A DNA stretch of 64,000 nt, taken from positions 4,836,001 through 4,900,000 of the forward strand of contig CM035357.1 of the NCBI GenBank assembly GCA_020137815.1. Direction: 5' to 3'. The notes beneath the pieces are model-generated. The model made no database searches. It was not told the origin of the DNA and worked only from the letters and a program-made list of their open reading frames with translations. Position 1 is the first letter of the stretch. Every line of letters begins with the position of its first letter. Both the position numbers and the translations under genes were made by a program. Below, piece by piece: positions 25,001-59,830 of this stretch. The DNA is from Hormiphora californensis (lineage: Eukaryota; Animalia; Ctenophora).

Positions 25001-25129
25001 GACACAGTTATCAATGTTGACAACAATAATGCAGACCAGAACCATGTCATCAAAAACCGTGCAGCGGTGGAAATAAGACCGAACGGATCTCACCATAATG
25101 GCGCAATGCCGGCAGTCCAAAACTCGTGA
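10038..25129 (+). CDS. Receptor (transmembrane) guanylyl cyclase, NPR/speract-receptor architecture: signal peptide, ANF-receptor ligand-binding domain, TM, pseudokinase, coiled coil, cyclase
   Basis: Phase-compatible GT-AG exons: 10038-10330, 10450-10543, 11251-11418, 11581-11655, 11903-12002, 12140-12268, 13689-13801, 13913-14275, 14543-14630, 14770-14911, 15061-15229, 15351-15530, 15654-15788, 16049-16247, 21249-21420, 21576-21716, 21808-21931, 22042-22147, 22317-22454, 22969-23159, then 23803-23859 or 24803-25129. Motifs: [75 protein letters not shown], GKGxMxTWWL. Confidence 0.95.
10598..11260 (+). repeat. ~30-bp intronic minisatellite containing the splice acceptor (ccccaaactccctctccag|atctcctat)
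   Basis: About 20 units; the last unit is the real acceptor of exon 11251 (ISYACT...). Confidence 0.9.
11820..11887. mobile_element. 68-bp mini-MITE with 9-bp TSD
   Basis: TIRs ttggttacgaaataacccct / aggggtaacttcgtaaccaa; TSD ttgaaatcc at 11811-19 and 11888-96. Confidence 0.85.
12411..13427. mobile_element. Palindromic (foldback) MITE
   Basis: Arms of ~450 bp (12452-~12910 versus ~12945-13397) are near-perfect reverse complements. Confidence 0.9.
14330..14552 (+). repeat. ~45-bp intronic minisatellite containing the splice acceptor (tttag|aacgtgcccc)
   Basis: About 5 units; the last is the acceptor of exon 14543 (NVPPACGE...). Confidence 0.85.
15812..15984. mobile_element. TA-flanked MITE (CAGTCGGACCCCGATTTA family)
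   Basis: TIRs cagtacagaccccgattta / taaatcggggtccgactg, TA on both sides; relatives at 29326 and 47292. Confidence 0.85.
16315..17269. mobile_element. Complete palindromic MITE forming the left arm of the composite
   Basis: Long inverted arms rich in tctagacgg subrepeats; the inner end at 17269 is followed by ctcatatag, not the TSD. Confidence 0.9.
17611..20244 (-). CDS. Secreted cysteine/tryptophan-rich peptide, 76 aa (cysteine pattern resembling Tha p 2-like proteins)
   Basis: Exon 1 20244-20184 ([20 protein letters not shown]+G, donor GTAAG); exon 2 17780-17611 (acceptor tttatttCAG). The phase-1 join gives [76 protein letters not shown]. Minus-strand AATAAA at 17459-64. Confidence 0.88.
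18346..19369. mobile_element. TA-flanked non-autonomous element with gtgttacaaa 10-bp repeats and internal hairpins
   Basis: Short TIRs tcgtcaccttaaagt / acttgaaggtaacga; TA at 18344-45 and 19370-71. Confidence 0.6.
18633..18709 (+). other. tRNA-derived (SINE-head-like) sequence with Pol III A/B boxes
   Basis: Acceptor stem GGGTTTG/CAAACCC, A box TAGCTTAGTGG, B box GGTTCAATTCC; the anticodon arm is irregular, so not called a functional tRNA. Confidence 0.6.
19372..20149. mobile_element. TA-flanked MITE (GGGTAAGCTGGGG family)
   Basis: TIRs gggtaagctggggtgaaatggccca / tgggccacttttaccccagcttaccc; internal ggggcaaagtggccc subrepeats. Confidence 0.85.
20328..20577 (-). promoter_or_regulatory. 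Putative promoter of the peptide gene: TATA-like box plus duplicated ~100-bp CCAAT-containing block
   Basis: TTTAAATA at 20335-20328, ~85 nt upstream of the ATG; direct repeats 20346-20451 and 20456-20554, each with two CCAAT and a GTTGCCAT half X-box-like motif. Confidence 0.45.
20686..21157. mobile_element. Diverged, left-truncated copy of the same MITE family forming the right arm of the composite
   Basis: Shares tctagac, gttgagacggactt and gtccgtctcaact motifs and the terminal ~45 bp with 16315-17269. Confidence 0.8.
22650..22975 (+). repeat. 30-bp intronic minisatellite of branch point plus acceptor (cctaacctcacctgctctcccag|gtccctt)
   Basis: About 10 units; six decoy CAG|GT precede the real acceptor at 22966-68. 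Confidence 0.9.
23339..23795. repeat. 12-bp minisatellite (gtaccctcatct)n followed by a short cacatgtaacaact repeat
   Basis: More than 30 near-identical units; source of the spurious CTLI/YPHL/VQMR ORFs. Confidence 0.95.
23803..23859 (+). CDS. Alternative short terminal exon of the guanylyl cyclase ([18 protein letters not shown])
   Basis: AAG acceptor at 23800-23802, phase 0 after the ...AIK donor at 23159; carries the conserved GKGxMxTxWL motif also found in 24803-25129. Confidence 0.7.
   Translation, partial: GKGNMTTWWLPERPRGGK
24156..24549. mobile_element. Palindromic MITE between the two terminal exons; related sequence at ~17825-17940
   Basis: Inverted arms gggtcaccacacaccaaag...ctttggtgtgtggtgaccc. 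Confidence 0.85.
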
Positions 25130-26498
25130 AGTGGTGTATCAGTGATATATGTATTTTTCTTAATGTTCATATGTTGAGTAACACATGTGTGTGTCAGTGA
25201 GCGTGTGAGAATTGTGTTAAATATGTGACATATGTGTAATGTGTTAAGAGTTCTGTTTTTATCTCTTTTAAATCTGGTGTGTTTGATTTATCATTGATAA
25301 ATATCAAGGTTACCGGAAAAGTTTGGCACAGTAACTTAACCATGACACTGACAATTTTCCCGATCTCCACTGAAAATTCGGCCGCCATCCAGTTGCCAAT
25401 ATTATCATGTTCTTACGATGGCTGGAGAGAAGGTTTTGAGTGATGAGATATGGTCAAGAAACGGTGCAATTGAGGGAGGTACAAATCGCCGGCGCCCGAA
25501 ATTTGGCGTTTTGCGCCATAATATGGTATATGATATACATAGCTCCGTCATTTATTCACAAATCTACCACTTTGAGGGTTAATGACTGGATGGCACAAAT
25601 AAATAACATGATTTAAATACAATTTATATATTTATTACGCATGTTTTATAATTTTCTTTGGAGGGCGCTATCTATTAATAACTGCGCTGCATTTAAAAAT
25701 GCGCGTCAAACTTCAATTTTCTTCTGTGCGCGCGCTCAAACATGCATTCAAAATTTCAGAATTCTAAAGTCGGATTTTTTGAAGTTGTCACCCCCCTTCT
25801 CGTGCGCGGAATGTTTTTGCGCGTCACATCACATGTTAACGTGTGGTGTGCGCGTCAAAATTGATAAATTTCACACGCGCGGTCATTTTGGGGTGACAAC
25901 TTCAAAAAATCCGACTTTAAATCTTGCAAAGACTCACATTTTCAAAATTTTACGTTAATTATTGCTACAGACGTGAGACGATATTAGTTTAATTTTATAC
26001 ACGTATTTTGAATTTTATACTTTATAGCCCGCAACAACTGATCCTTTCAATATCTGACTGCTAAAGTTGAAAATTATGACCGGTTTTCCGTTTTGTATAA
26101 GCCAAAATCAGGCTGAAAGTCGCACAGACCCCTGCACCCCACTGCATCAGTTTCCTTTCACTATGCTGTCAGTTTCCAGCGATCCTAAACATGGCATGAA
26201 TCTGCCTTAATTTGATAATTAGCAAATTGTTCTCATTCCTTCAGCATTCTCATTTTTACTTTTTCTATTGCGTCATTTTTCCCAAGTCATTTTTCTCAAG
26301 TTCAAATTCACATTTGCCGCATAAGAAGGCTGGCTTAAGAGCTCTGGCGTTTTAATTATGAGTTTTTTTTTCTCTGTTTTTTTGCGTTTATCTCTTAGCT
26401 ATATTAAGTCAATTTGCAGGGTATCAAATGTAACAATTGAATTGAATTGAATTGACAGCAGATTGAATTTAGATATTTTAAGTTAATCTCTTTTAGGA

Positions 26499-26730
26499 AT
26501 GCCAAAGGTCAGTCGAATACCCTGCCGATTATACGGCAAGGTTTCGGAAGTCAACTTGGCTGATGATATTAAGAAGGTTGAAAAGCCGAAGAAGCAATGT
26601 TTCTACCAAATTGATGTGTTGTGGAGCGGAGGAGAGGATAGGAGAGTTTTTAGAACGTATGATCAGATTCAGGAGTTTTCTTCCTCAATTGGGTCAATAG
26701 CAAGAGAAATGGGGATGCCCAAGTTGCCAG
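26499..26730 (+). pseudogene. Isolated duplicate (or allelic copy) of the first coding exon of the PX-SH3 gene
   Basis: Identical translation to 28558-28789; lies in a duplicated block ~25420-26840 versus ~27700-28900; no downstream exons follow. Confidence 0.6.
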
Positions 26731-26841
26731 GTAATTGTGCCCTAAAATTAATCTTACATTAGTTGGTGTATCAGTAACTGATATATTCAGTTTCTTGCTG
26801 ATTGTTCAGTGTTGCTAGTCAGTCTATTGCAACCAATTACC

Positions 26842-27123
26842 CGGCAGGTGAGTAGAACTTCGCTCCTAATAAAAGGCTGCAATAAAAGGCTGCAATAAAA
26901 GGCTGCAGAAAAAGGCTGCAGAAAAAGGCTGCAATAAAAGGCTGTAATAAAAGGCTGCAATAAAAGGCTGCAATGGATCACGTATCCAACTGGACTAAAG
27001 CGGGGGATAGACCGAATCGTCCTCCCCTAATAGTGTTTCGTTTCACGTATCGGTCTCTACCATAAGCGGTAGAGAGACCGAATCACCCGCCCCTAATTAT
27101 AGTGATTCGTGCCATGTATCCAC
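26842..27123. mobile_element. Interspersed repeat with 13-bp tandem array (aataaaaggctgc)n
   Basis: The same start (ggcaggtgagtagaa..cgctcctaataaaaggctgc) and body recur at 63175-63480. Confidence 0.75.
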
Positions 27124-28557
27124 TAGGGGGGGGAAAAAGAGTTTTGGGGGGGGGAAAAGAAAAATTTATTAGTATAGGTACAAAATTATGAATGAAGAGA
27201 TAAAAATTTTTCCTTTTGAAATCTTAACCCGGGGCTAAGGCAAGGGGGAAAAAAAGGGGGGGGGGAAAAAGGGGGGGGAAAAGGGAAGAAGGGAAAAAGG
27301 GGGGGGGAAAAAGGGGAAAGGGGAAAGAGAGAAAAGGGTTTTCTCCTTTTTTTAAAAGGGGTTTTTGGGGAAAAAAAGAAAGGGGAAATTTCGGGGGTTT
27401 TTAAAAGTTTTCTTTTTGGGGGGTGTTTAAAGAAAAATTTAAACATGGGGGTGAAAAAAACTTTCCCATTTTTAAAAAAATTTTGTACAAGCTGCAAAAA
27501 ATTTAAAAAAATTTTTACAAGTTTTTTAAAAGGGGAAAAAAATTTTAAAAGGGGGGTGGGGGGGGTTAAAATAAAAATTTTTTTTTTAATTTTCTTTTTT
27601 GGGGGTTTGCCCACACGTCTTCTTTACCCCGAAAAAATTTTCCCCCGCCCAAAAAATTTTCCCAAACCCAAAAAGGGAGTGCAAAATAAAGGGGGAGAGA
27701 GGCTTGAGTGATGAGATATGGTCAAGAAACGGTGCAATTGGGGGAAGGTACAAATCGCCGGCGCCCGAAATTTGGCGTTTTTCGCCATAGCTCCGTCATT
27801 TATTCACAAATATACCACTTTGAGGGTTATTGACTGGATGGTAAAGTGCGTTTCAAACGACTTGACCTGAGATTCCTGGAAATTCAGGATTTCCCCTTTG
27901 TAAATACACGCGCAATGCGCCAAATTCCAAGAATTACGGGTCAAGTCGCTTGAAACGGACTTTACAAATAAATAACATGATTTAAATACAATTTATAGAT
28001 TTATTATGCATGTTTTGTAATTTTCTTTGGAGGGCGCTATCTATTGATAACTGCGCTGCATTAAAAAATGCGCGTCAAACTTCAATTTTCTTCTGTGCGC
28101 GCGCTCAAACATGCATTCAAAATTTCAGAATCTTGCAAAGACTCAAATTTTCAAAATTTTACGAGAATTTTTGCTACAGACATGAGACGATTTTAGTTTA
28201 ATTTTTATACACGTATTATGAATTTTATACTTTATAGCCCGCAACAACTTATCCTTTCAATATCTGATTGCTAAAACTGAAAATTATGAACGGTTTTCCG
28301 TTTTGTATAAGCCTAAATCAGGCTGAAAGTCGCACAGACTGAGACCCCTGCACCCAATTGCATCAGTTTCCTTTTAGTATGCTGTCAGTTTCTAGCGATC
28401 CTAAACATGACATGAATCTGCCTTAATTTGGTTAATAGCAGCGTTGTTCTCATTCCTTCAGCATTCTCATTTTTACTTTTTCTATTGCGTCATTTTTCTC
28501 AAGTTTGAATTCACTCAACCGATTGAAGTTAGATTTTTAAGATAATCTCTTTTAGGA

Positions 28558-30251
28558 ATGCCAAAGGTCAGTCGAATACCCTGCCGATTATACGGCAAGG
28601 TTTCGGAGGTCAACTTGGCTGATGATATTAAGAAGGTTGAAAAGCCGAAGAAGCAATGTTTCTACCAAATTGATGTGTTGTGGAGCGGAGGAGAGGATAG
28701 GAGAGTTTTTAGAACGTATGATCAGATTCAGGAGTTTTCTTCCTCAATTGGGTCAATAGCAAGAGAAATGGGCATGCCCAAGTTGCCAGGTAATTGTGCC
28801 CTAAAATTAATCTTACATTAGTTGGTGTATCATTAACTGATATATTCAGTTTCTTGTTGATTGTTCAGTGTTGCTAGTCAGCCTATTGCAACCAATTACC
28901 CTGTATAAAACCAGGATTTATCGTTGCAGCTAAACGGCCGTTCGAACGGACAGGATCTGAGTCCTATGTGATCAAGAGGTTTCCGGAGGTCAAACAGTTT
29001 ATTGATTGTGTAATGGCGTTACCCCCTTACATTCTACAAAGTGATGGATTTGTATGGTTCTGGGAACAGAATCTGGAGGACCAGAAACTTGCCCAACTGA
29101 GCAATGAAAATAATGATACGGTTAGTTTGGTATCCATGGATAAATTATTAGTTAGTTAGTCGTGAACTCAACACCTAGCAGCTTATGTAGTAGTGTCAAT
29201 GGTGACAATCTTTTCCGTGTTGACTATTAGCCAGTACCTCTCTCTCCCCATCTCTCTCTCTCTCAGCCCATCGCTCCGTCTTTATTTCTTCTTGCATATA
29301 CTTGCTACAAATTAAGAAGCCACTACAGTCGGACCCCGATTTAACGGCCCCCGATTTAACGGCAGTAAAATCTTCCCCCGATATAGAAAATCAACCGTAT
29401 TTGACCCCGAGTTAGCGGAAACCCCGATTTAACGGACAAAACCCTTTCCCCCGAGGGTGCCGTTAAATCGGGTTCCGACTGTACTATACAAAAGTCTATA
29501 ACAATAAGTTCCGTGTACTCCAGTCGGAAGAAGATTACCTCACCATTTAATCTGCTTATAATAAACAATTAAATCCTCTCCATCTTTGCTCTGATGAATC
29601 CTCACCTTGCCTTGCTTGGCTCTGGCCTGTCTCAGCTCTGGTCTCACATGCAGTGTGAGCTACACTGTACACAACCCCATCAGTGTCCCCCCCCCCCCCA
29701 CACACATAATAACACACATTCTCCCCACAGAGAGGACTGCCAGAAACAGACTACATCTGCGTCTGCACTGCCCTGGCATCTTTCGAGGGTTCAATGACAG
29801 ATCACCCTGGCCTAAAGGGACTGACAATAAGAGAGGGAGATGTCATCTATGTGCTGAGAATGGCTGACTGTCCTAACGGATTCTGGATGGTAAGTAGGTC
29901 TCAAGATTCTGCGTCGCCCAGTTTTATATTTGCTGTACTTTAGGGGGCTGGATTGGTATATAAATAGTTGGTGGGATCGCCAACAAGGGTGGCAGTTACA
30001 GGACATGGTACTGTGAACGTGTTTAGATCTCTACATTAGTAACTTTACTCATTCACTATCTGTCTCTCAACTTTTTCAATAACAAGTCGTTAGTATTGTT
30101 AATCACATTCCTCTATCTAATGCTATTTGCCATCCGATGCCCCCTGCTGGGATTAGGTGTGAGGGGGAGACACCCCAATATACCCCCACCTAATTAACTG
30201 CTACCACACCTTCTCCTGCACACTAAAAACACACCCCTCTCTCTCTCTCTT

Positions 30252-30323
<72 letters not shown>

Positions 30324-33280
30324 CCCCATCTAATTGCACAGGACTGGTTAATGCTAATTGGGATAGGAATGTAGCTCCAAAATGCAAGCGCTCCTGGGGC
30401 TGGGTGGTCATTCTCTCCTTAGTCCTTGCACAACTCGGCTGCAGTTCATCATAACCTCCCAATAATGATAACTTGCCTGCGTTACCCCTTTAGAGAACAT
30501 AACAGATGTTAGAACTTTTCTCCTGGGGCACGGTGAGAGAGGGTCGATAATGTATATCAAATATCCCGCTTTACACCTATCTATTTTCCCAGGTTCGTAA
30601 CGTGTTTGGAAGTGAAGGGTACGTTCCACTGACAGCCCTCAGAGTGGACGAAGAATCAGGGCGGAGGTTGGGTAGATCAGTCAGCAAAGTTAATATCATG
30701 AAAAGTGCAGAAAATCTGGCAGACAAACGACGCCAAAGTTCACGATTGGATTTGCTACGATCTGCTGGTAAGTTTGTGAATTGTGTTTTGTTCGTTGTAA
30801 CTGTCTAAAAAACGGGCAGCCTTCGGGGCTATGTCAAATATTGATTCTCTCTATTTCTCTCTCTCTCTTTATTTCTCATATAATGCTCTCTCTTGACCCA
30901 CATATATCTCTAATTTCCTCATCCTTACACACGACAAGCACACCTTGCGACTAAGACTCTCCTCTCGCTGACTTCACGTAACGCGCGGTGACTTTCTTGT
31001 GAGATGTTCGTTTCAATGTCGCGCGCCGCCCACCCTTGGCGGTCAAATCAAACTCTCGGTCTCCTGGATCTATCTCTCTATCTATCTCCTCTATCTCTCC
31101 CTCTATCTCTCCCTCTATCTCTGTCTTCTATGATCCCACTTGGAACCTTTGTAAAGTCGATTATGTGCGATAGTAAACCAACTATCAGGTTCCACTAAAC
31201 CTCCACCCTCTCTTCCAGAAAACTTGAACGATAGAAGAAGATCTCGAGGAGCCCCAGGTGGGGGAATGGGTATCCCTGGATCGGGTATGATGGGATCACC
31301 ACCACTCTCTCGAACACTCCGGGACTTGAATGCGAGTGTTAGAAACTTTATGGAACCACCACCAGCCGCTGGATCTCGCAGGAGATCAGGGCGACAGATC
31401 AACCATCACATGTCCCAAAGTTATATGCACGATGATCGACAGGTGAATTAATTAGTTAACTATCCCTTAATTATTTAGTATTAGTTTATTAAGGCCAGAG
31501 GGGGGGGTCCGAGGGTCAAAAAATGTACTTTTCTGAGGTTCACATATATATATATATATATATAGTCGGTGGTAGGAAACTTTTGGATAGGTTAGCTGCG
31601 CACCAAGTGTATCAGGAGGCCTTGTTTTTTGAGGTTAACTTTTGACCGAAATTGTAAGTTAACCTCAAAAATCTTGTATTTATATCGCCTTCACAGATAA
31701 AAATGGTACCAATCGATAGATCTGATCAAGGAGACCAAATGTTCAAAGTTTCAGAGGTCTAAGCCATATAGTTGTTCGGATATTTGAGGTTAACTTATCT
31801 CCCAAAAAACAACCTTTTTGGTCTTTTTTCACACCTTACTTTTTGAATCGCCACTACATTCAGCTCATAAACGGCTAAGAGTTGGGCCTTGAAATTTGGC
31901 AGGCATGATCCTTAGATAATACACTGTGCTTTGAGTGTAACGATTTTTGATTGAGGCTTCCGTTCCCAAGATATTGAGGTTAACATATTTCACATCTGAT
32001 ATTTTTTAGACGTTAACCTCAATATCTTGGGAACGGAGGCTCCAATAAAAAATCGTTACACTCAAAGCACAGTTTATCATCTAAGGATCATGCCTGCCAA
32101 ATTTCAAGGCCCAACTCTTAGCCGTTTATGAGCTGAATGTAGTGGCGATTCGTAAAAATGTTCCAAGTTATTCACCAAAAGGCTACTTTTGGTGAAATAT
32201 GTTAACCTCTAAATTTAAAGAACTACCAGGAATAGCGCCATAAAATTGCTCACACATGATCTCCTTAGTGATACCTTACTTTTAGAATAGTTTTTATTGT
32301 TTCAATACCTGATCTCTAAGAATTAGAGAGGTTAACATTGATTTTGGGCCAAAAGTTAACCTCAATTTTCTCCCTAACGGTGCGCGCAAAATCGATTCCG
32401 AGTATGTCATCTGATCCGGCTCTTCGAGCCGGGCCAGATACCGAAAGTGACTTTTTATACCCCCGGACCCCCCCCCCCTCTGGCCTTAATTCAGAAATAA
32501 TTAGGTGATGAGACTGCTGAATTTTCTTTAAAACTACATCAATGTTAACTACCCCCTCCCCTCTCCCCCTATTATGTTAACTACCCCCCCCCCCCCCATC
32601 TCTCCATATTATGTTAACTAACCCCCTCCCCCCTCTCTCTCCAGGCGACCCAGGACCTTATCAAGTCCCTCCACGAGACATCCCTGATGCTCCAAGAGAG
32701 GATGGTCATTAATGAACATCAGCAACAGCATCAAACTACACGTCATAGAATGGTATTCGACGAGCCGCTGATAACAAGACCCCGACAATTCGTCAGATCG
32801 CCTTCAAAACGGGGAGTTAGAGTTAGCGCCCGGTTTAAAAGAATGACCCCTTCGCCCGCCAAGATGAGCCCTAGTTGCAGGAAGGGTATCAGGGGGATTA
32901 AACCCGCTGCACCGTCCCCTCTCACATCTCCATCTCAAAACATGACATTTGAAAAGTCGCCGGGAGTAAAACGAGGTCCTGATGCCTCAACTGCGGACCC
33001 AAACCTAACTGGGTCACCCACCAAAAAGCTGCGAGATAACGATTCCTCGGTGAAGGATAGCGGAATTACCAGTGGCAGTGGAGATGGGGTAGCGGTTCCA
33101 CCGAGTAAACCAAGGAGAAGGAGCGACATTGCAAGGAGAGTCAGTCTGAGATTGAAACAGGTTTATGGACGGTCACCAGTGCGACCCTCCCGACGAGGTA
33201 CAACGAGAAAGGGAACGAGTTCGAGAGAGGAGAGGAGAATGGAGCTGGGGAAGGATTCAACTCCCGTGGCGATCAAATAG
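28558..33280 (+). CDS. PX + SH3 domain adaptor with long basic Pro/Ser-rich tail (NADPH-oxidase organiser / SH3PXD-like)
   Basis: Exons 28558-28789, 28930-29120, 29731-29889, 30593-30767, 31219-31442, 32645-33280 are phase-compatible. PX: YQIDVLWS..VFRTYDQIQEF..MPKLP..KRF..LP. SH3: ALASF..LTIREGDVIYVL..GFW..EGYVP. Confidence 0.85.
29326..29481. mobile_element. TA-flanked MITE (CAGTCGGACCCCGATTTA family)
   Basis: TIRs cagtcggaccccgatttaacggc / gccgttaaatcgggttccgactg. Confidence 0.85.
31493..32485. mobile_element. TTAA-flanked non-autonomous DNA transposon (Kolobok-like termini)
   Basis: TTAA|GGCCAGAGGGGGGG...CCCCCTCTGGCC|TTAA; internal palindrome at ~31845-32150. Confidence 0.8.
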
Positions 33281-34555
33281 ATATTGAATACCCGGGGGAG
33301 AGTGACAGAGAGAGACAGAGAGAGACAGAGACTCTTGGTGATGGGACAGATCGTGGCCTTAAAACTTTTTAAACACAGTTTTCGATTACACTTTTGAAAC
33401 ACTAAAGATATTTTCATAATTTAGAGGCTGTTATAGGGAGCAGTAGCATGGTCAATACAGGACTATGCAGAAATTAGTTGTTTTGTCGAGCTAGACAAGA
33501 AATTAGTACAATGTGTGAGAAAACCAGAGATGACATGGTATTGATGGCTGCACGGCTTGATATTTGGAGATTACAGATATATGCAGAGTTTTTTTCTTCT
33601 TGTTTTTTAGAAACAGTTACAGCAAAGAAATAGTTGTAAAAATTGTAGTTCATTATTTTAGTTCTGTGAATTCTGACAATTTATCTTATACCGGGTTCTA
33701 AAAAGGACGGGATCAGATGAAGTTGCAGTGAAAATTGCACCTTGCCAAGCACAGTGTTCAGATCGGACCGATGACTGGCATGCCTACTCCTAGATTTATG
33801 GAGTTCAATGTTTTTAGAAAGGGCAGATGCATGGCACGAGTCATGTGATCTAAATGCTTTACCAAGCTCCCTCCGAAAATCCGAGCAAAGGAAAACTCGA
33901 TATCTCAATGCAATGTTAAGAGATTATTAGAAAGAAACATCAATATTAGTATGACGATCTGAAAAATTAGACCGACCCCCACTTTTTATAGGAGAAATGG
34001 GGGTGAGTCGTGAGAACCGGTCTACAAAAACTCTACAAAATCTCTCACACTGATATTTTAATTGGGTAGCGGAATTGCTGCTACAATTGGGATTGGGATT
34101 TTCAATAATATCTTTAACATAATTATGAAACTGAAAGTTTGTCTCCGCTTCGCTCGGTTCGGAATAATATGTAATAATATGTAATAATATGTAATAATAT
34201 GAGTTAAAAGTTTATTTAATGACCGTCCACCAAGAGTTCGCAAGTTAGGAAGTTCTACTACCACTTTGATCACTAAATAGTTTGACTAGTGTCATATTAG
34301 GGCCAATTTTGAATCCCCAATAAAAGTTTTCTAGTTTGTACCCGACAAGCCTCCATCAGTTTTAAGAGAATTTTGTCAAACCAATGTTCTGACCACAGTT
34401 CTCGCGAGCTGACACTGCTAGAGAGAATTGAAGAAGGCTTGAAGGAGGGGGTCACTGCATATAACAGTCAGAGAAGTTAAGGGTGACAGCTGGTGTCAAT
34501 TACTCTGTAGTTACACGCTTCACAAACTATAGAAGTGTAGTAAATTGTCGGGGTG

Positions 34556-57978
<23,423 letters not shown>

Positions 57979-58828
57979 CTGCAAACGAGATAAAAATGAG
58001 ATGGGAAGGTTGTTGGATTCGATTTGGGTGTGGCTAATTAACCAATTAATTTAAGATGATGAAACTCATAACTTCAATTTCGAAAGTAACCAAGTACGGT
58101 GTTTCAAATAGCAAGGTATAGGTTTAGTTAGTCTCTCTATTATAATTTGGAAATGCAAGTTTTTAAAACGATCGGATGTAAGGTAAAAATTTGCCATCTA
58201 GGGGTCCCAAAATGCAAAAAATGTAAGGGAGGGGATGAGGACGTTTTGTTTAGTGTTCTCCTAAACCACAAATAGTAGGGACTTGCCGTTTGGAACAGTG
58301 GTTCCTTGCATCATTGTGCTTGGTACTATGTAGCTATATATTAGATAGGAAGTACTTTGTTTCTTCTATGAGGTTGTGCATGTTAACTGTTAGCTCAGCT
58401 GCCATCAGGAGGCTGTTCTGCTACTCAACTACAATATCTAGCTGTTACAAGTGGCAATTGATATACGTGGTATAACAGCAGCCTGCAGCAGCTCAATACG
58501 TGTAAACTTATTTTCTCATCAATTCATTATGCCTGTTCTTTGTTCTTTTGGGTTTTGACTTTTGGGTAACTAAGACTGAGTTAAGAGAGGTAATGATATA
58601 TGCCACGTTGCGATTGGACAACAGATAGTGCTGGCATTTGATCAGGCAGAAAGACGGATAGGGTTACAAAATAAGAATATTTGAGCTTCTTTTGGATGTT
58701 GCCTCTCCCCGTGCCTTCCCCTGTTTGTATGTGTTGTCATGGTGAACGATCAACGAATCCATGCCCCAATCTTACTGCTTGACCTTACACTTTTTCACCT
58801 GCTGTAGCGGTGTAAAATACTCTGCACC

Positions 58829-59830
58829 ATGTTATCTGTCCACCATCTCTTCACATGGATACTGGCCGTGTTCCTTATTCCGGTAAGACTAAGATATAAC
58901 ATCAATTGTTGATCAATTATTGTTTATCAGGATACAAAGAATAACGCTGTTTTGGGTAGACTCAATTCATCAAATAAAATCGTGAAAACCGCACAAACAT
59001 CAGCAAATTAGTTCATCAAATAGAACTCGTCACCAGCATTGTGTTCATGTTTTGTTTCATTTAAAATGTTATCATTTCTAGGTTGTTCTATCTGGAGGAA
59101 CAGTAAAGGTTGAATACAGGAGTTTCAAATACGATGGATGTTCAGCCCACACTTCTACATGTCAGATGAAGCTAACAGATTTTCAACTACTTATTGACAG
59201 TGTTGCCATTGTCAACAAGAGTGAGGTTAACCTACCAGCCGGAAACCCTGTGACACTGTCCGATGTTAACTTTTTAAATGACCCTTTTATAAAACAGTTT
59301 AGTGATGCGAATGGAAAAGTTGGAATATACTTCAAAGCATATGACATCACCAGTGGTACTCCAGGTCGATTGATAGACGATGTTACTGAGAACATTGGGT
59401 TCCATCAGTATGATATGTCTACAGTTGTAGACTGGAAAGAAAAGGTTCGCACGAGGTTTTATAACGGCTATGAGTCTAAATTTACATATTGGGTCGAGAT
59501 TACAAAATGTGGTGATAACTTTACAGGACCTGGATGTGGTGATTGCAAAGAGCACTACTATACGACTGAGTGTGATTTGTACTGCAAACCAGTTACAGAT
59601 CAGTACAACTGTATCGGAGAGGGTGTCCGGGAGTGTTTGGGTAACTTTGGGCCAGCAGGAGACTGCGAGAAATGTAACAAGGGGTGGAAAGGCTCAAAGT
59701 GTGATACCTGTGATATTGGCTGGGCAGGTGACAAATTGTGACACTTGTGATTCAAACTACTACCCTGCCGGAGACTGCTCTGACTATGCATCGGCAACTG
59801 TAATTTCCCTGTATAACAGGGAGCTGGTCT
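58829..59830 (+). pseudogene. Truncated, frameshifted copy (or allelic contig end) of the Delta-like gene
   Basis: Exons 58829-58882 and 59082 onward; +1 T near 59736, then several single-base deletions; similarity ends at ~59830. Confidence 0.65.

Noticed and set aside
27125-27700. Lys/Phe/Pro-rich ORFs in a homopolymer-rich stretch
   Set aside because: Looks like low-quality read sequence at an assembly junction.
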